The notes under the pieces are model-generated. The model ran no database searches, was not told the DNA's origin, and was given only the letters and a program-made list of their open reading frames with translations. A stretch of 64,000 bases of DNA from Chloroflexota bacterium. Its GTDB lineage: Bacteria > Chloroflexota > Limnocylindria > P2-11E. The stretch spans positions 645,927 through 709,926 of the forward strand of contig JBBPIQ010000001.1 of the NCBI GenBank assembly GCA_038040345.1, given 5' to 3'. A program made the position numbers and the translations under genes. This document shows, piece by piece, positions 8,189 to 17,773 of the stretch (its first letter is position 1; the number at the start of each line of letters is the position of its first letter).

Positions 8189-8228
8189 ACCCGTAGGCTA
8201 TCGCCCTTGACCGCCGCGGTCGGGGGAG

Positions 8229-8951
8229 GTGCTCATGCGAGTCCACGACTGCAACTGGCAGATGCTCGAGGAATACCTGAAGCGCGATGACCGCATCGTG
8301 TTGCCGATCGGATCCACGGAGCAACACGGCTATCTCTCCGTCGGGACCGACGCGATCCTCGCCGAACGCGTCGCGGTCGAAGCCGCCGAACCGCTCGGCG
8401 TTCCGGTCCTGCCGGCGCTCCCATTCGGCGTCACTCCGTACTTCGCCGCGTTCCCCGGCAGTCCTTCTCTTCGCACGAGCACGTACGTCACCGTGATTCA
8501 CGATCTGCTCGACTCACTTTTTGGCCAGGGGTTCCGACGAATCGCTGTGGTCAATGGCCACGGCGGCAACTCGTTCGCCGCCGGGGTGATGCGCGAGTGG
8601 CTGACCGAGCCGCGAAAAGAGCGCGTGCAGGTGCTCTTTCACGATTGGTGGAACGCGCCGCGAGCCTGGGCGGTCGTCCAGCGCTACGAGAAGGACTCCT
8701 CGCACGGCTCGTGGATGGAGAACTTCCCTTGGACGCGCCTTCCGGGCGTGACGATGCCCAAAGGCACCAAGTCGCTGATCCCGCAGCGCGTCATCCGGCA
8801 GGCGCCGCCCGCCGAGCTCCGCCGAATCACCGTCGACGGGAGTTTCGGCGGCTCCTACGAGCGGCCCGACGAGGAAGTGCTTGAGCTATGGCGTACCGGT
8901 GTCGAGGAAGTCCGCGATCTCATCGAGAACGGATGGAACAAGGATGGGTGA
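8229..8951 (+). CDS. creatininase-family amidohydrolase
   Basis: Motifs LPIGSTEQHG, ...D at the N-terminus and VVNGHGGN, characteristic of the creatinine amidohydrolase / MftE-like family. Confidence 0.75.
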   Translation: MLMRVHDCNWQMLEEYLKRDDRIVLPIGSTEQHGYLSVGTDAILAERVAVEAAEPLGVPVLPALPFGVTPYFAAFPGSPSLRTSTYVTVIHDLLDSLFGQGFRRIAVVNGHGGNSFAAGVMREWLTEPRKERVQVLFHDWWNAPRAWAVVQRYEKDSSHGSWMENFPWTRLPGVTMPKGTKSLIPQRVIRQAPPAELRRITVDGSFGGSYERPDEEVLELWRTGVEEVRDLIENGWNKDG

Positions 8952-9642
8952 GCTCACCGGCAAGGTCGCGCTCGTCACAGGAACGGCCCAGGGGATCGGC
9001 ACGGCGATCGCGAACGGTCTGGCAGAGGACGGCGCAAAGGTCCATCGCGTCGACCGCGACACGGCCGATCTCACGGACTCCGCGCAGGTGGCGAAGCTCA
9101 TCGCGCGGCTCGGACGCATCGACGTGCTCGTCAACTGCGCCGGCGGTGTCGTTGGCCAGGTCGGCAAACCACTCGATCAAGTCAGCGACGAAGACTGGCG
9201 AGCGATCGTCGACGCCAACCTGACGAGCGCGTTCCTCTGTACCCGCGCCGTCATCCCCGGGATGAAAGCAGCGCGCGCCGGATCGATCGTGAATATCTCA
9301 TCGGGCGCCGGGCGCAGCGTGAGCCTCACCGGCATCCAGGCCTACGCCAGCGCCAAGGCCGGTCAGATCGGGTTCACGCGTCAGATGGCGCACGAGCTCG
9401 GGCCATTCGGCATCACCGTCAACTGCATCGCCCCGGGCTTCGTGCGATCCAATCCAACGACCGAAAAGCAATGGGAAAGCTACGGTGAGGAAGGGCAGCG
9501 GCGTCTCATCGAAGGGATCGCGTTGCGGCGTCTCGGCCGTCCAGAAGACATCGCGAACGGCGTGCGGTTCTTCGTGTCGGCCAGAGCCTCGTGGGTCACG
9601 GGGCAGGTGCTGTCGATCGACGGTGGTCGCTCACTGTTTTGA
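8944..9642 (+). CDS. SDR-family oxidoreductase (FabG-like)
   Basis: Rossmann-fold motif TGxxxGIG (ALVTGTAQGIGTAIA), NCAG, and the catalytic triad S...YxxxK (SSGAG...YASAKAG). ATG 8944 overlaps the preceding gene's end by 8 nt. Confidence 0.85.
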   Translation: MGELTGKVALVTGTAQGIGTAIANGLAEDGAKVHRVDRDTADLTDSAQVAKLIARLGRIDVLVNCAGGVVGQVGKPLDQVSDEDWRAIVDANLTSAFLCTRAVIPGMKAARAGSIVNISSGAGRSVSLTGIQAYASAKAGQIGFTRQMAHELGPFGITVNCIAPGFVRSNPTTEKQWESYGEEGQRRLIEGIALRRLGRPEDIANGVRFFVSARASWVTGQVLSIDGGRSLF

Positions 9643-11007
9643 TCGTCGCGCGTAGCTCTCCCAGTACCGGGCCCACGCCTCGAGTCCCTCGTGCAGGCGA
9701 TGCACGCGGAAGAACTCGTTCGGCGAGTGGAAGTCCTCGTCGGCCGTTGAGAACGAGAAGAAGACCGTGTGTATCCCAAGTATTCGCTTGAAGAGCTCGC
9801 TCACCGGAAGCGTTGAGCCCATGCGGACGCGGAGCGCCTTCTTTCCGTAGACCTGCTCGAGAACGCGCTCCGCGGTCACAAGGCCCGGATGGTCCGACGG
9901 GATGCGGTACGGCCGCGCGGCGTGTCGCTCGCCGCCGATGGAGAGAGTCACGCCGGCCGGCACATGCGTTTCGAGATGTCGCGCAACGAGCGCGCGAACG
10001 ATGTCCGGGTCCTGATCGGGCACGAGGCGGCAGCTGATCTTTGCGTGCGCCTCATTCGGCGTCACGGTTTGGCTTCCCTGCCCTTGGTAGCCGCCCCACA
10101 TGCCGTTCACCTCGAGGGTCGGGCGTATCCATTGCCGTTCGAGCGTGCTGTATCCGGGCTCGCCGAACGGCGCGGGTGCGCCGACTTCCCCGAGGAAACG
10201 CGCTTCGTCGAACGGCAGCGCGCGGATCTCGCGCCGTTCGGCCTCCGGCAGCGCTGCCACGTCGTGGTAGAACCCAGCGATCGCGACGCGGCCGTCCGGC
10301 GCGTGCAGGCTCGCAACGAGCTCGGCCATCGCGTGCAACGCGTTCGGGATCGAGCCGCCGTAGCGCCCCGAGTGCAGGCTTCTGCTCGCGCCCTTCAGGC
10401 TGAACTCCAGGCCGGCGACGCCGCGACTGGCGACTGTGACCGAGGGCTCGTCGCTCCGCCACATCGCGCCGTCGGCCGACAGGACCGAGTCCGCTCGCAA
10501 CAGTTCACGGTTCGCGGTGAGGAACGGCTCGAGGTTCCGGCTCCCGATTTCCTCTTCGCCTTCGAAGATGAACTTCACGTTGAGCGGCAGCGCGCCGCGG
10601 GTCGCGAAGAAGGACTGCGCCACCTTGAGCGGGATCAGCATCGGTCCCTTGTTGTCCGAGACACCGCGGCCGTACAGCCGGCCGTCGCGGACCTCCGGCT
10701 CGAACGGTTTGCTGAGCCACCGCTCGAGCGGATCGGGAGGCTGCACGTCGTAGTGGCCGTAGACCAGGAGGGTCGGAGCGTTCGGCGTGCCGAGCCACTC
10801 GCCGTAGACGACCGGGTGTCCACCCGTTGGAAGGGTGCGGACGTCGATGGGGCCGGCCTCGCGCAGCGCCGCGGCGACCCATTCGGCCGCGCGCGTCATG
10901 TCCTCGCGGTGCCCCGGGTCGGTGCTCACGCTGGGGATGCGGGCGAACTCGATCAGCTCACCAAGGATTCGGTCGTGGTGGGTGGCGAGGTACTCGAGCG
11001 GCGTCAC
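9631..11007 (-). CDS. M20-family metallopeptidase (dipeptidase/carboxypeptidase-like)
   Basis: Motifs GHYDVQP, GRGVSDNKG and FEGEEEIGS, typical of the M20/ArgE/DapE family. Confidence 0.85.
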   Translation of the reverse strand: MTPLEYLATHHDRILGELIEFARIPSVSTDPGHREDMTRAAEWVAAALREAGPIDVRTLPTGGHPVVYGEWLGTPNAPTLLVYGHYDVQPPDPLERWLSKPFEPEVRDGRLYGRGVSDNKGPMLIPLKVAQSFFATRGALPLNVKFIFEGEEEIGSRNLEPFLTANRELLRADSVLSADGAMWRSDEPSVTVASRGVAGLEFSLKGASRSLHSGRYGGSIPNALHAMAELVASLHAPDGRVAIAGFYHDVAALPEAERREIRALPFDEARFLGEVGAPAPFGEPGYSTLERQWIRPTLEVNGMWGGYQGQGSQTVTPNEAHAKISCRLVPDQDPDIVRALVARHLETHVPAGVTLSIGGERHAARPYRIPSDHPGLVTAERVLEQVYGKKALRVRMGSTLPVSELFKRILGIHTVFFSFSTADEDFHSPNEFFRVHRLHEGLEAWARYWESYARRSKQ

Positions 11008-12020
11008 CCGGGGAGCGAGGCTTTGAGCAGGTCGAGCGTCTCGTGGCTTTGCGGGCGCCGGCCGTCCTCGACCTCATGCATCAACGCGATCAGTCGCGAG
11101 ACCATCGGCGTGGGAACGCCCGCCTCCGCGCCGAGCGTCACGATCGGCCCGAGCTGCGCGTCCGTCTCGGTGCGTCGCTTGCGTACGGCGATGTCGCGCC
11201 AGATCCCGCTGTGGGTCTTGGCCGACTTTCGGTTGAAGGCGACCATCTCGTCGAGGGAGCGTTCGGCCACTCCGCCGTCGGCGTCGGGCGCGAACGCGTG
11301 CGGGTCGAAGCCGTTGAACCCTTCAGGCGTGATGCCGCGGGCACGCGCGACGCGCATCACCTCGCGCGCGATCTCGACATAGAGCTCGCGGTACCTCGGA
11401 TCGGCGAGCGCGTCCGCGATGGAGTCGTTGGTGAGCGCGGTGGCGAACAGCTGGGCGCCGTATCCGAGCTTGCCCCACAGGTACCCCCAGATGTTCGCGG
11501 TCACGATCGCGCGGTCGTCGAAGTCCAGGAAGGCGCAGTGGAGCTCCTCGATACGCGACGTTCTGCGTCCGTCGATCTCGCCGAGCACGACGGCGCCCCG
11601 GCCGGCGTACTGGATCACACCCGGCTCGAGATAGTCCGCCCCGAAGTTGACGAAGCACCCGATCGTCCGCGCGTCGCCGACGATCGTTTTGATGACCAGC
11701 TCGTTCAAACCGTTCTGCGCCGACACGACGTAGCCGTTCGCGCTCAGGTGCGGGGCGAGCTCGCGCGTGGCGCCTTCGGTGTCCTGCGCCTTCACGGCCA
11801 GGACGATGTGCTCGAACTCTCCGCGGAGCTGATCGGGGGTCCACGCCGGAGCGCGGGAGACGAACTGCGCCAGCGGGCCTTCGATGCGGAGGCCGGCTCT
11901 GTTGATCGCGTCGACGTGCTCCGGCGCGCGGTCTACGAACGTGACGTCGTGGCCTGCGCGGGCCAGATGCGCACCGAGCGTTCCGCCGATCGCGCCGGCG
12001 CCCCAGACGAGCAGCTTCAT
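11004..12020 (-). CDS. 2-dehydropantoate 2-reductase family (PanE/ApbA-like) oxidoreductase
   Basis: N-terminal Rossmann fold (LLVWGAGAIGGTLGAHLARAGHDVTFV) plus the ApbA C-terminal domain. Its start overlaps the M20 peptidase gene stop. Confidence 0.75.
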   Translation of the reverse strand: MKLLVWGAGAIGGTLGAHLARAGHDVTFVDRAPEHVDAINRAGLRIEGPLAQFVSRAPAWTPDQLRGEFEHIVLAVKAQDTEGATRELAPHLSANGYVVSAQNGLNELVIKTIVGDARTIGCFVNFGADYLEPGVIQYAGRGAVVLGEIDGRRTSRIEELHCAFLDFDDRAIVTANIWGYLWGKLGYGAQLFATALTNDSIADALADPRYRELYVEIAREVMRVARARGITPEGFNGFDPHAFAPDADGGVAERSLDEMVAFNRKSAKTHSGIWRDIAVRKRRTETDAQLGPIVTLGAEAGVPTPMVSRLIALMHEVEDGRRPQSHETLDLLKASLPG

Positions 12021-12024
12021 ATCG

Positions 12025-12897
12025 TTAGCCCCCGCGGTTTTCGGCGAGTCCGTCGCCGATCAGGCTGAGCGCGACCCCTACCACCAAAAGCGCGAGGCCG
12101 GGAAGCGTCGTCATCCACCATGCGAGCAACAGATACTGGCGCCCCTCGGCGATCATCGCGCCCCACTCCGGGGTGGGCGGCTGCGGGCCGAGCCCGAGGA
12201 AGCTCAAGGTCGCGCCCGTGAGTATCGCCAGCACCATGCCGGTGAAGACGTAGATCAGTGCGGGCGCGATCACGTTCGGGAGGATGTGCCGGATCATGAT
12301 GCGCGCCGACGAGCAGCCGATCGTCCGCGCGGCCAGCACGTACTCGAGGTGCCGCGTCGCGAGCGTTTCGCCGCGAGTGATTCGCGCGTAGGGGATCCAG
12401 CCGACCGCACCGACGGCGATGTAGAGGTTGGTCAGGCCGGGTCCGAGGATGCTCATGATCGCGATCACCAGGATCAGGAATGGGAACGCCATCAGCACGT
12501 CGACGATGCGCATGAGGAACGTGTCCAACTTGCCGCCCAGGTAACCGGTCGCGATCCCCATCAGCCCGCCGAAGATGAATGGGAACAACACCGACAACAG
12601 GCCGATCTGCAGATCGAGTCGCGTGCTGAACGCGATGCGGCTCCAGATGTCGCGCCCGAAGTTGTCGGTCCCGAGGATGTGACCCGGGCTGAATGGGGGC
12701 AGGAACGACTCTTCGAACCGCTGCTCGATCGGGTCGTACGGCGTCAGGAGCGGAGCCGCGATGGCGACGAGGATCACGACGCCGATGAGCGCGAGGCCGG
12801 TCAGAAGCGTCGCGTTGAGCCGGATCCTCCGCGCCCGAATGACGGGTGTTACCAGCGTCAGCTGTGCGGGTCCGACGCCGAGGGCCTTCTCACTCAT
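12025..12897 (-). CDS. ABC transporter permease (DppC/OppC-like)
   Basis: EAA-loop region ARTIGCSSARIMIRHILPN, six transmembrane helices. I chose the internal start MSEKALG to reduce overlap with the upstream permease gene. Confidence 0.8.
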   Translation of the reverse strand: MSEKALGVGPAQLTLVTPVIRARRIRLNATLLTGLALIGVVILVAIAAPLLTPYDPIEQRFEESFLPPFSPGHILGTDNFGRDIWSRIAFSTRLDLQIGLLSVLFPFIFGGLMGIATGYLGGKLDTFLMRIVDVLMAFPFLILVIAIMSILGPGLTNLYIAVGAVGWIPYARITRGETLATRHLEYVLAARTIGCSSARIMIRHILPNVIAPALIYVFTGMVLAILTGATLSFLGLGPQPPTPEWGAMIAEGRQYLLLAWWMTTLPGLALLVVGVALSLIGDGLAENRGG

Positions 12898-13831
12898 AGG
12901 TGACTCGCGGATCGAGGAAGGAATAGGAGAGGTCGACAACGAGGTTGACGACGATCACCAGGACCGCACTGACCACGGTGATCGCCTGCACGACCGGATA
13001 GTCACGGGCCGTGATGGACTGGATCAGGAGCTGGCCCGTCCCGGGTAGGGCGAACACGGTTTCGATGACGATGGCGCCTCCCACGAGAAACCCGAACTGC
13101 AGGCCGAAGATGGTGACTGTCGAAAGCAGTGCGTTCCGCAGCACGTGGCGCAGAAGGATCAGCCTCTCGGAGAGGCCTTTTGCGTGCGCCGTGCGCACAT
13201 AGTCCGAGCGCAAGGTCTGGATGATCTGACCGCGCAGATTGCGGATGAGAACGGCCGAGAGCTGTAGGGCCAGCGTCAGCGCCGGGAGGAACAAATACCA
13301 GATGTGCTGCGGCAGTGTTTCCCCGAAGCCGGCCACCGGGAACCAATGCAGGGTGAGGCCGAACAGCAGGATGAGCAGGATGCCGAACCAGAAATTGGGC
13401 GTGGTGAGCGCGAAGAGGAACCCGATGCGGATCAACTGGTCCGGCCAGCGCCCTTTGTTGACCGCCGCCGTAATCCCGAAGATGAGTGTGATCACCGCGG
13501 CGAGACCCATGGCAAAACCCGCGAGTGCGAGCGTCACCGGCACCCGGGTCAGCACGAGATCGCCGACGGGCTGGCGATAGAGCAGCGACTGGCCCATGTC
13601 GCCGTGAGCGAACCCAGATACGAACATCCAGTACTGCTCCAGCACAGGTCGATTCAGACCGAGCTGTTCGCGAAGCTCCGCCGCCTTTTGGTCGGTCGCG
13701 CGGTCGCCGAGGATCAGGAACGCCGGATCGCCTGGCAGGATGCGCACCATGCCGAAGATGACGACAGTGACGCCGAACAATACGAAAGCCATCAGGACGA
13801 GGCGTCTGCGGATGTAGGCGGCGCGACCCAT
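12890..13831 (-). CDS. ABC transporter permease (DppB/OppB-like)
   Basis: Typical N-terminus RRLVLMAFVLFGVTVVIFGMVRILPGDPA and EAA loop AKGLSERLILLRHVLRNAL. Confidence 0.85.
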   Translation of the reverse strand: MGRAAYIRRRLVLMAFVLFGVTVVIFGMVRILPGDPAFLILGDRATDQKAAELREQLGLNRPVLEQYWMFVSGFAHGDMGQSLLYRQPVGDLVLTRVPVTLALAGFAMGLAAVITLIFGITAAVNKGRWPDQLIRIGFLFALTTPNFWFGILLILLFGLTLHWFPVAGFGETLPQHIWYLFLPALTLALQLSAVLIRNLRGQIIQTLRSDYVRTAHAKGLSERLILLRHVLRNALLSTVTIFGLQFGFLVGGAIVIETVFALPGTGQLLIQSITARDYPVVQAITVVSAVLVIVVNLVVDLSYSFLDPRVTYE

Positions 13832-13905
13832 ATCAGTCGGTCATCAGTAGATCACTGGCCGGATGGCTGATAGCCCGACGTGGGCCATCAGCCATCCGCC
13901 ATCAG

Positions 13906-15486
13906 CTACTTGTTGATCTTCACGTCTTCGAATCGGTAGTAGGACAGTCCGTCGATGAAGAATCCCTCGACGTTGCTGCGCCAGCCGGCCGTCGCGCCGA
14001 GGTAGGCGATCGACGCGATCGGAGCGGCATCCGAATAGATCTTCTGGATCTCGGAGTACAGCGCCGCGCGCTTCGTTGCGTCCTGCTCGAGGTCGGCCTT
14101 CGTGATCTTGTCGTTCAGGTCCGGACTGTTGTAGCGAGTCCAATACGAGAACGGGCTCGCCCCGCCACGCATGGCGTAATTCACGATCTCGGTCGGGTCG
14201 TTCATGTCATTTGTCCAGGCGGTCGGTGTCGACATGAAGTCCCCCGCTCGATAGTTCGTCCGGACGACGGCCGTATCCAGTGTCTGAATGTCCACCGTCA
14301 CGCCGAGCTTTGCCCACGCGTCCTTCAGGATGACGGCGGTGTTGGCGAAGTTGGTGTTGCCGGAGCGGACCTGCATGTCCATCTTGAATCCGGCCGCCCC
14401 GGACGATTGCGCCATCAAGGCCTTGGCCTTTTCGAGGTCGTACGGGTACCCGACCAGGTTCTTGTCGTAGTAGGTCCCCTGCGGAATCGGCGAGTTCATG
14501 ACCTTCGCCTGGCCGAAATAGACGTTCTTGATGATCGCTTCCTTGTCCGTCGCGTAGTTCAGGGCCTGCCGCACCTTCACGTCGTTCAGCGGCGGCTTCG
14601 AGGTGTTGAGGATGATGAACGCGGTCTGCTGGATCGAGAACGTCTGGGCCTTCAGATTGGGCTGCGTGTTCAATGCCGCGATCTGGCTGAAGGGCACGAA
14701 GTCGACCACGTCGGTCTCACCGCCCTGCAGCTTCAATACGCGGGTGTTGTCGTCCGGGATGTACTCGATGCGCACCTCGCTGATCGAGGGCGTGCTCCTC
14801 CAGTAGTTCGTGTTGCGCTTCAGGACGATCGGGTCGCCCTTCTTCCAGCCTTCGCTGTAGTAGGCGCCGGTGCCCTTCGTCTTCCACGCGAGAGCGTTGT
14901 CGTAGTCCTTCGCGTCCGTGGCCTTCGCCATGTCCGCCGGCAGGACGCCGCCCGAGAACATCGCGAGCACCGAAAGAAGCGGTGCGTACGGTTGCGAGAG
15001 CACGATCTTCACGGTCTTGTCGTCCGAGGCCGTGATGTCTTTGATCGCCTTGTAGACGTCCTTCCACGCGCTCTTCTCGCCGCCCCGAGCCATGTCGAGC
15101 GAGGCTTTGACGTCGCTCGCCTTCATCGCCGAGCCGTCCGAGAACTTCACGCCATCTTTCAGTGTGAAGGTCCAGGTGAGCCCGTCAGCGGTGGACTCCC
15201 ACTTGGTCGCGAGTCCGGGCTCGACGTTCGTGCCGTCCTTGGTGGTGCGGAGGAGCGTGTCGTAGACGTTGACCGAGATGAACAGCGCCGGATTGTCGTC
15301 GATCTGCCAGGGCACGAACGGGCTGAATGGTTCGGCGTTGCGCGCCATCCTCAGCACTTGCGGCGCGGCACTCGCACTCGCGCCGGGCGTCGGCGATTGC
15401 GTGCTGGTGCCGCTCTGCGTGCACGCGCTGACAAGCAGCGCCGCGACGACCGCCCACATGACCGGCCGTGTTTTGCCTGCAAACAT
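13906..15486 (-). CDS. ABC transporter substrate-binding lipoprotein, family 5 (peptide/nickel)
   Basis: Lipobox LLVSAC. The length and motifs match the SBP_bac_5 family (DppA/OppA-like). Confidence 0.85.
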   Translation of the reverse strand: MFAGKTRPVMWAVVAALLVSACTQSGTSTQSPTPGASASAAPQVLRMARNAEPFSPFVPWQIDDNPALFISVNVYDTLLRTTKDGTNVEPGLATKWESTADGLTWTFTLKDGVKFSDGSAMKASDVKASLDMARGGEKSAWKDVYKAIKDITASDDKTVKIVLSQPYAPLLSVLAMFSGGVLPADMAKATDAKDYDNALAWKTKGTGAYYSEGWKKGDPIVLKRNTNYWRSTPSISEVRIEYIPDDNTRVLKLQGGETDVVDFVPFSQIAALNTQPNLKAQTFSIQQTAFIILNTSKPPLNDVKVRQALNYATDKEAIIKNVYFGQAKVMNSPIPQGTYYDKNLVGYPYDLEKAKALMAQSSGAAGFKMDMQVRSGNTNFANTAVILKDAWAKLGVTVDIQTLDTAVVRTNYRAGDFMSTPTAWTNDMNDPTEIVNYAMRGGASPFSYWTRYNSPDLNDKITKADLEQDATKRAALYSEIQKIYSDAAPIASIAYLGATAGWRSNVEGFFIDGLSYYRFEDVKINK

Positions 15487-15684
15487 GAACCTCTCCCTCC
15501 AAGCGAAACCTGATGCGGACGATCGTGATGAGTTCGCGTCGGCCTCCCCCCGCGCGTGCGCTTGCGCCGACTGGCGCCAGCGCCCGCATTATCCCCGTTC
15601 GGCGGCTCGCTGGCCTCTATACGCGTACCTCAAACTCTTGTTCGGCGTTAAGTCGAGGGCTAAGGTGAGGAACCCGGAGGTGCT

Positions 15685-16326
15685 GTGAGCCGGATGGAGA
15701 AGCTCCTCGCGAGGATCAAGGCCATTTTCGCGCCCAGTCACCCAGTCGCACCCCCATCAGAGGTCGAGGTAACAGCGACCCCGCCCGCCACCCTTGCCGA
15801 AGCCGCCGAAACGCATCTCGCCGAGCCCATCGTCGCGGTCGAAGAGCCCCTGCCTGCCGATGAGGCCCCGGCCTGGGCCGAACAGGCTTCGCTCTTCACG
15901 GCAGAGGTCCCCACCTCCGTCGAAGACGCAACGACGGAAGCCGTAACCGAAGAAGCTCCGGCCGACCTCGAGCCCGCGCCCGCGGATGGGCTCACGCTCC
16001 GGCTCGAGACCGAGCGCGGGTCACGGTCGACGTTCCAGGTAACGAAGTCCGGCGCGACGATCGGTCGCGGGCCCGAAAGCACGATCCAGCTCGCCGACCT
16101 TTCAGTTTCGCGCAAGCACGCGCGGATCGCCTACAAGCAGGGCGCCTACTGGTTGAGCGACCTGGGAAGCATGGGCGGCACGTGGGTCGACGGGACGAAG
16201 CTCGCCGCGCCACGGCGCGTCGCGACCGGCCAGACCATCGACATCGGCTTGTGCCGCCTCGTAGTCGTGGCCGCAGCCGAAGGCGAAAAGGCAGGAGCGG
16301 CGAAGGGGCCATCGAACGCGGCCTAG
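15685..16326 (+). CDS. FHA-domain protein
   Basis: GTG start with ribosome-binding site ggagg 4 nt upstream. C-terminal FHA domain (ATIGRGPESTIQLADLSVSRKHARIAYKQGAYWLSDLGSMGGTWVDG). N-terminal region is acidic and Ala/Pro-rich. Confidence 0.75.
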   Translation: MSRMEKLLARIKAIFAPSHPVAPPSEVEVTATPPATLAEAAETHLAEPIVAVEEPLPADEAPAWAEQASLFTAEVPTSVEDATTEAVTEEAPADLEPAPADGLTLRLETERGSRSTFQVTKSGATIGRGPESTIQLADLSVSRKHARIAYKQGAYWLSDLGSMGGTWVDGTKLAAPRRVATGQTIDIGLCRLVVVAAAEGEKAGAAKGPSNAA

Positions 16327-16438
16327 GGTCGCGATCGGCGGCATCCACATCGAGTCGAGCACGTTCTCGCCCCACCGCAGCGGACACGCCGATTTCACGG
16401 TCGTCCGCGGCGACGAGCTCCTTGCGCGATACGACGGG

Positions 16439-17773
16439 TTGCCGCGCGATGTCGAGGGGATCCCACTCGTCCACGCGCGCGCGCTCCCGGGTGGCCCCGT
16501 CGAGCGCGACTTCTATGAAACGATCAAGGCCGAGATCCTCGAACGGCTCCGCGCCGCGGTGCCGCTCGATGGGGTCTTCCTCGACATTCACGGAGCGATG
16601 AGCGTCGTCGGCATGACCGACGCTGAAGGCGATCTCGCAGCAGCGGTGCGCGAAGTCATCGGAATGGATGCGCTCGTCTCCGCGGCAATGGATCCTCACG
16701 GGAACATGTCGCGCCGCCTCATTGGCGCGCTCGATCTCGCGACATCGCATCGCATGTCTCCCCACGATGACGCGCCGCTCACCAGGACGCGGGCGGTCGC
16801 GAATCTCGTCCGCTGCTTGCGCGAGGGCGTTCGTCCACACAGAGCGTGGGTGCGCGTACCGATCTTGCTGGCGGGCGAGCGCGCCAGCACGCGCGACGAG
16901 CCGGCGCGCGGGATCTACGGAAGTCTCGCGGGGATCGAGGCGCGGCCGGGGATCATCGACGCCGCCGTGTGGATCGGATACGCCTGGGCCGACGAGCCAC
17001 GTTGCAGTGCCGCGGTCGTCGTGACCGGGACCGATCCGGAGGTCATCCAGCGCGAAGCGCTCTCTCTCGCCGAGCGCTACTGGAATGCGCGCGCCGATTT
17101 CAGCTTCAGCGTCCCCGCGGGCGACGCCGACTGGTGTATCGCGACAGGACTCGCCGCGACCGAACGTCCCTATTTCATCAGCGACTCGGGCGACAACCCC
17201 ACCGCGGGCGGAGCGGGCGACGTTGCCTACGTGCTCCAGCGGCTCCTCGCGCACCCGAACCTCGCTGCGGGGCGCGCCACAGCGATCTGGGCGAGCGTCG
17301 TCGACCCTATTGCGGTCGCGCGGTGCGTCGCGGCCGGAGAAGGCGCCGACGTGGACGTGACCGTCGGCGGTGCGTTCGGCTCGGCCCACGGCAAAGTGGC
17401 CCTTCGAGGAAAGGTCGGTCGCGTCCTCGAAGGTGACCCGGTCGGCGGCGATGTCGCGGTCGTGGAGTCAGGCGGAGTTCGGGCGATCCTCACGACCCGC
17501 CGCAAGCCGTACCACTTCGTCCGCGATCTTCACGCGCTCGGTCTCGATCCGGCGCGGCATGACCTCACCGTCGTGAAGATCGGCTACCTCGTCCCCGATC
17601 TCTTCGGCGCCGCGAAAGGCTGGATCCTGGCGTTGACGCCGGGCGGCGTCGATCAGGACATCGTGCGACTCGGCCACCGCCATCTCGAGCGTCCGATCTA
17701 TCCATTGGATCCGCGCATGCCCTCGCCCGATCTCGCGCCGGAGCTCTTGAGCCGGTCGGTCAGCTCCGCGTGA
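16439..17773 (+). CDS. M81-family (MlrC/microcystinase-C-like) metallopeptidase; the true N-terminus is probably encoded from about 16328
   Basis: DUF1485 and DUF1446 regions are present (FISDSGDNPTAGGAGD). The conserved MlrC N-terminus RVAIGGIHIESSTFSP is encoded in-frame at 16325-16375, 2 nt after the FHA gene stop. I found no ATG, GTG or TTG between the in-frame stop at 16262 and the TTG at 16439. Confidence 0.75.
   Translation: MPRDVEGIPLVHARALPGGPVERDFYETIKAEILERLRAAVPLDGVFLDIHGAMSVVGMTDAEGDLAAAVREVIGMDALVSAAMDPHGNMSRRLIGALDLATSHRMSPHDDAPLTRTRAVANLVRCLREGVRPHRAWVRVPILLAGERASTRDEPARGIYGSLAGIEARPGIIDAAVWIGYAWADEPRCSAAVVVTGTDPEVIQREALSLAERYWNARADFSFSVPAGDADWCIATGLAATERPYFISDSGDNPTAGGAGDVAYVLQRLLAHPNLAAGRATAIWASVVDPIAVARCVAAGEGADVDVTVGGAFGSAHGKVALRGKVGRVLEGDPVGGDVAVVESGGVRAILTTRRKPYHFVRDLHALGLDPARHDLTVVKIGYLVPDLFGAAKGWILALTPGGVDQDIVRLGHRHLERPIYPLDPRMPSPDLAPELLSRSVSSA

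Noticed and set aside
6700-8196. Track ORFs of 498 aa (+, other frame) and 394 aa (6823-8007, -) overlapping the 6734-8188 gene
   Set aside because: Their products are Arg/Pro/Gly-rich low-complexity sequence typical of wrong-frame translation of GC-rich DNA. The 6734 frame gives ordinary-composition protein with a kinase-like domain and a TM helix.
15992-17389. 465-aa minus-strand ORF antisense to the MlrC gene
   Set aside because: Low-complexity Arg/Asp/Gly-rich product. The plus-strand frame shows clear M81 peptidase homology.
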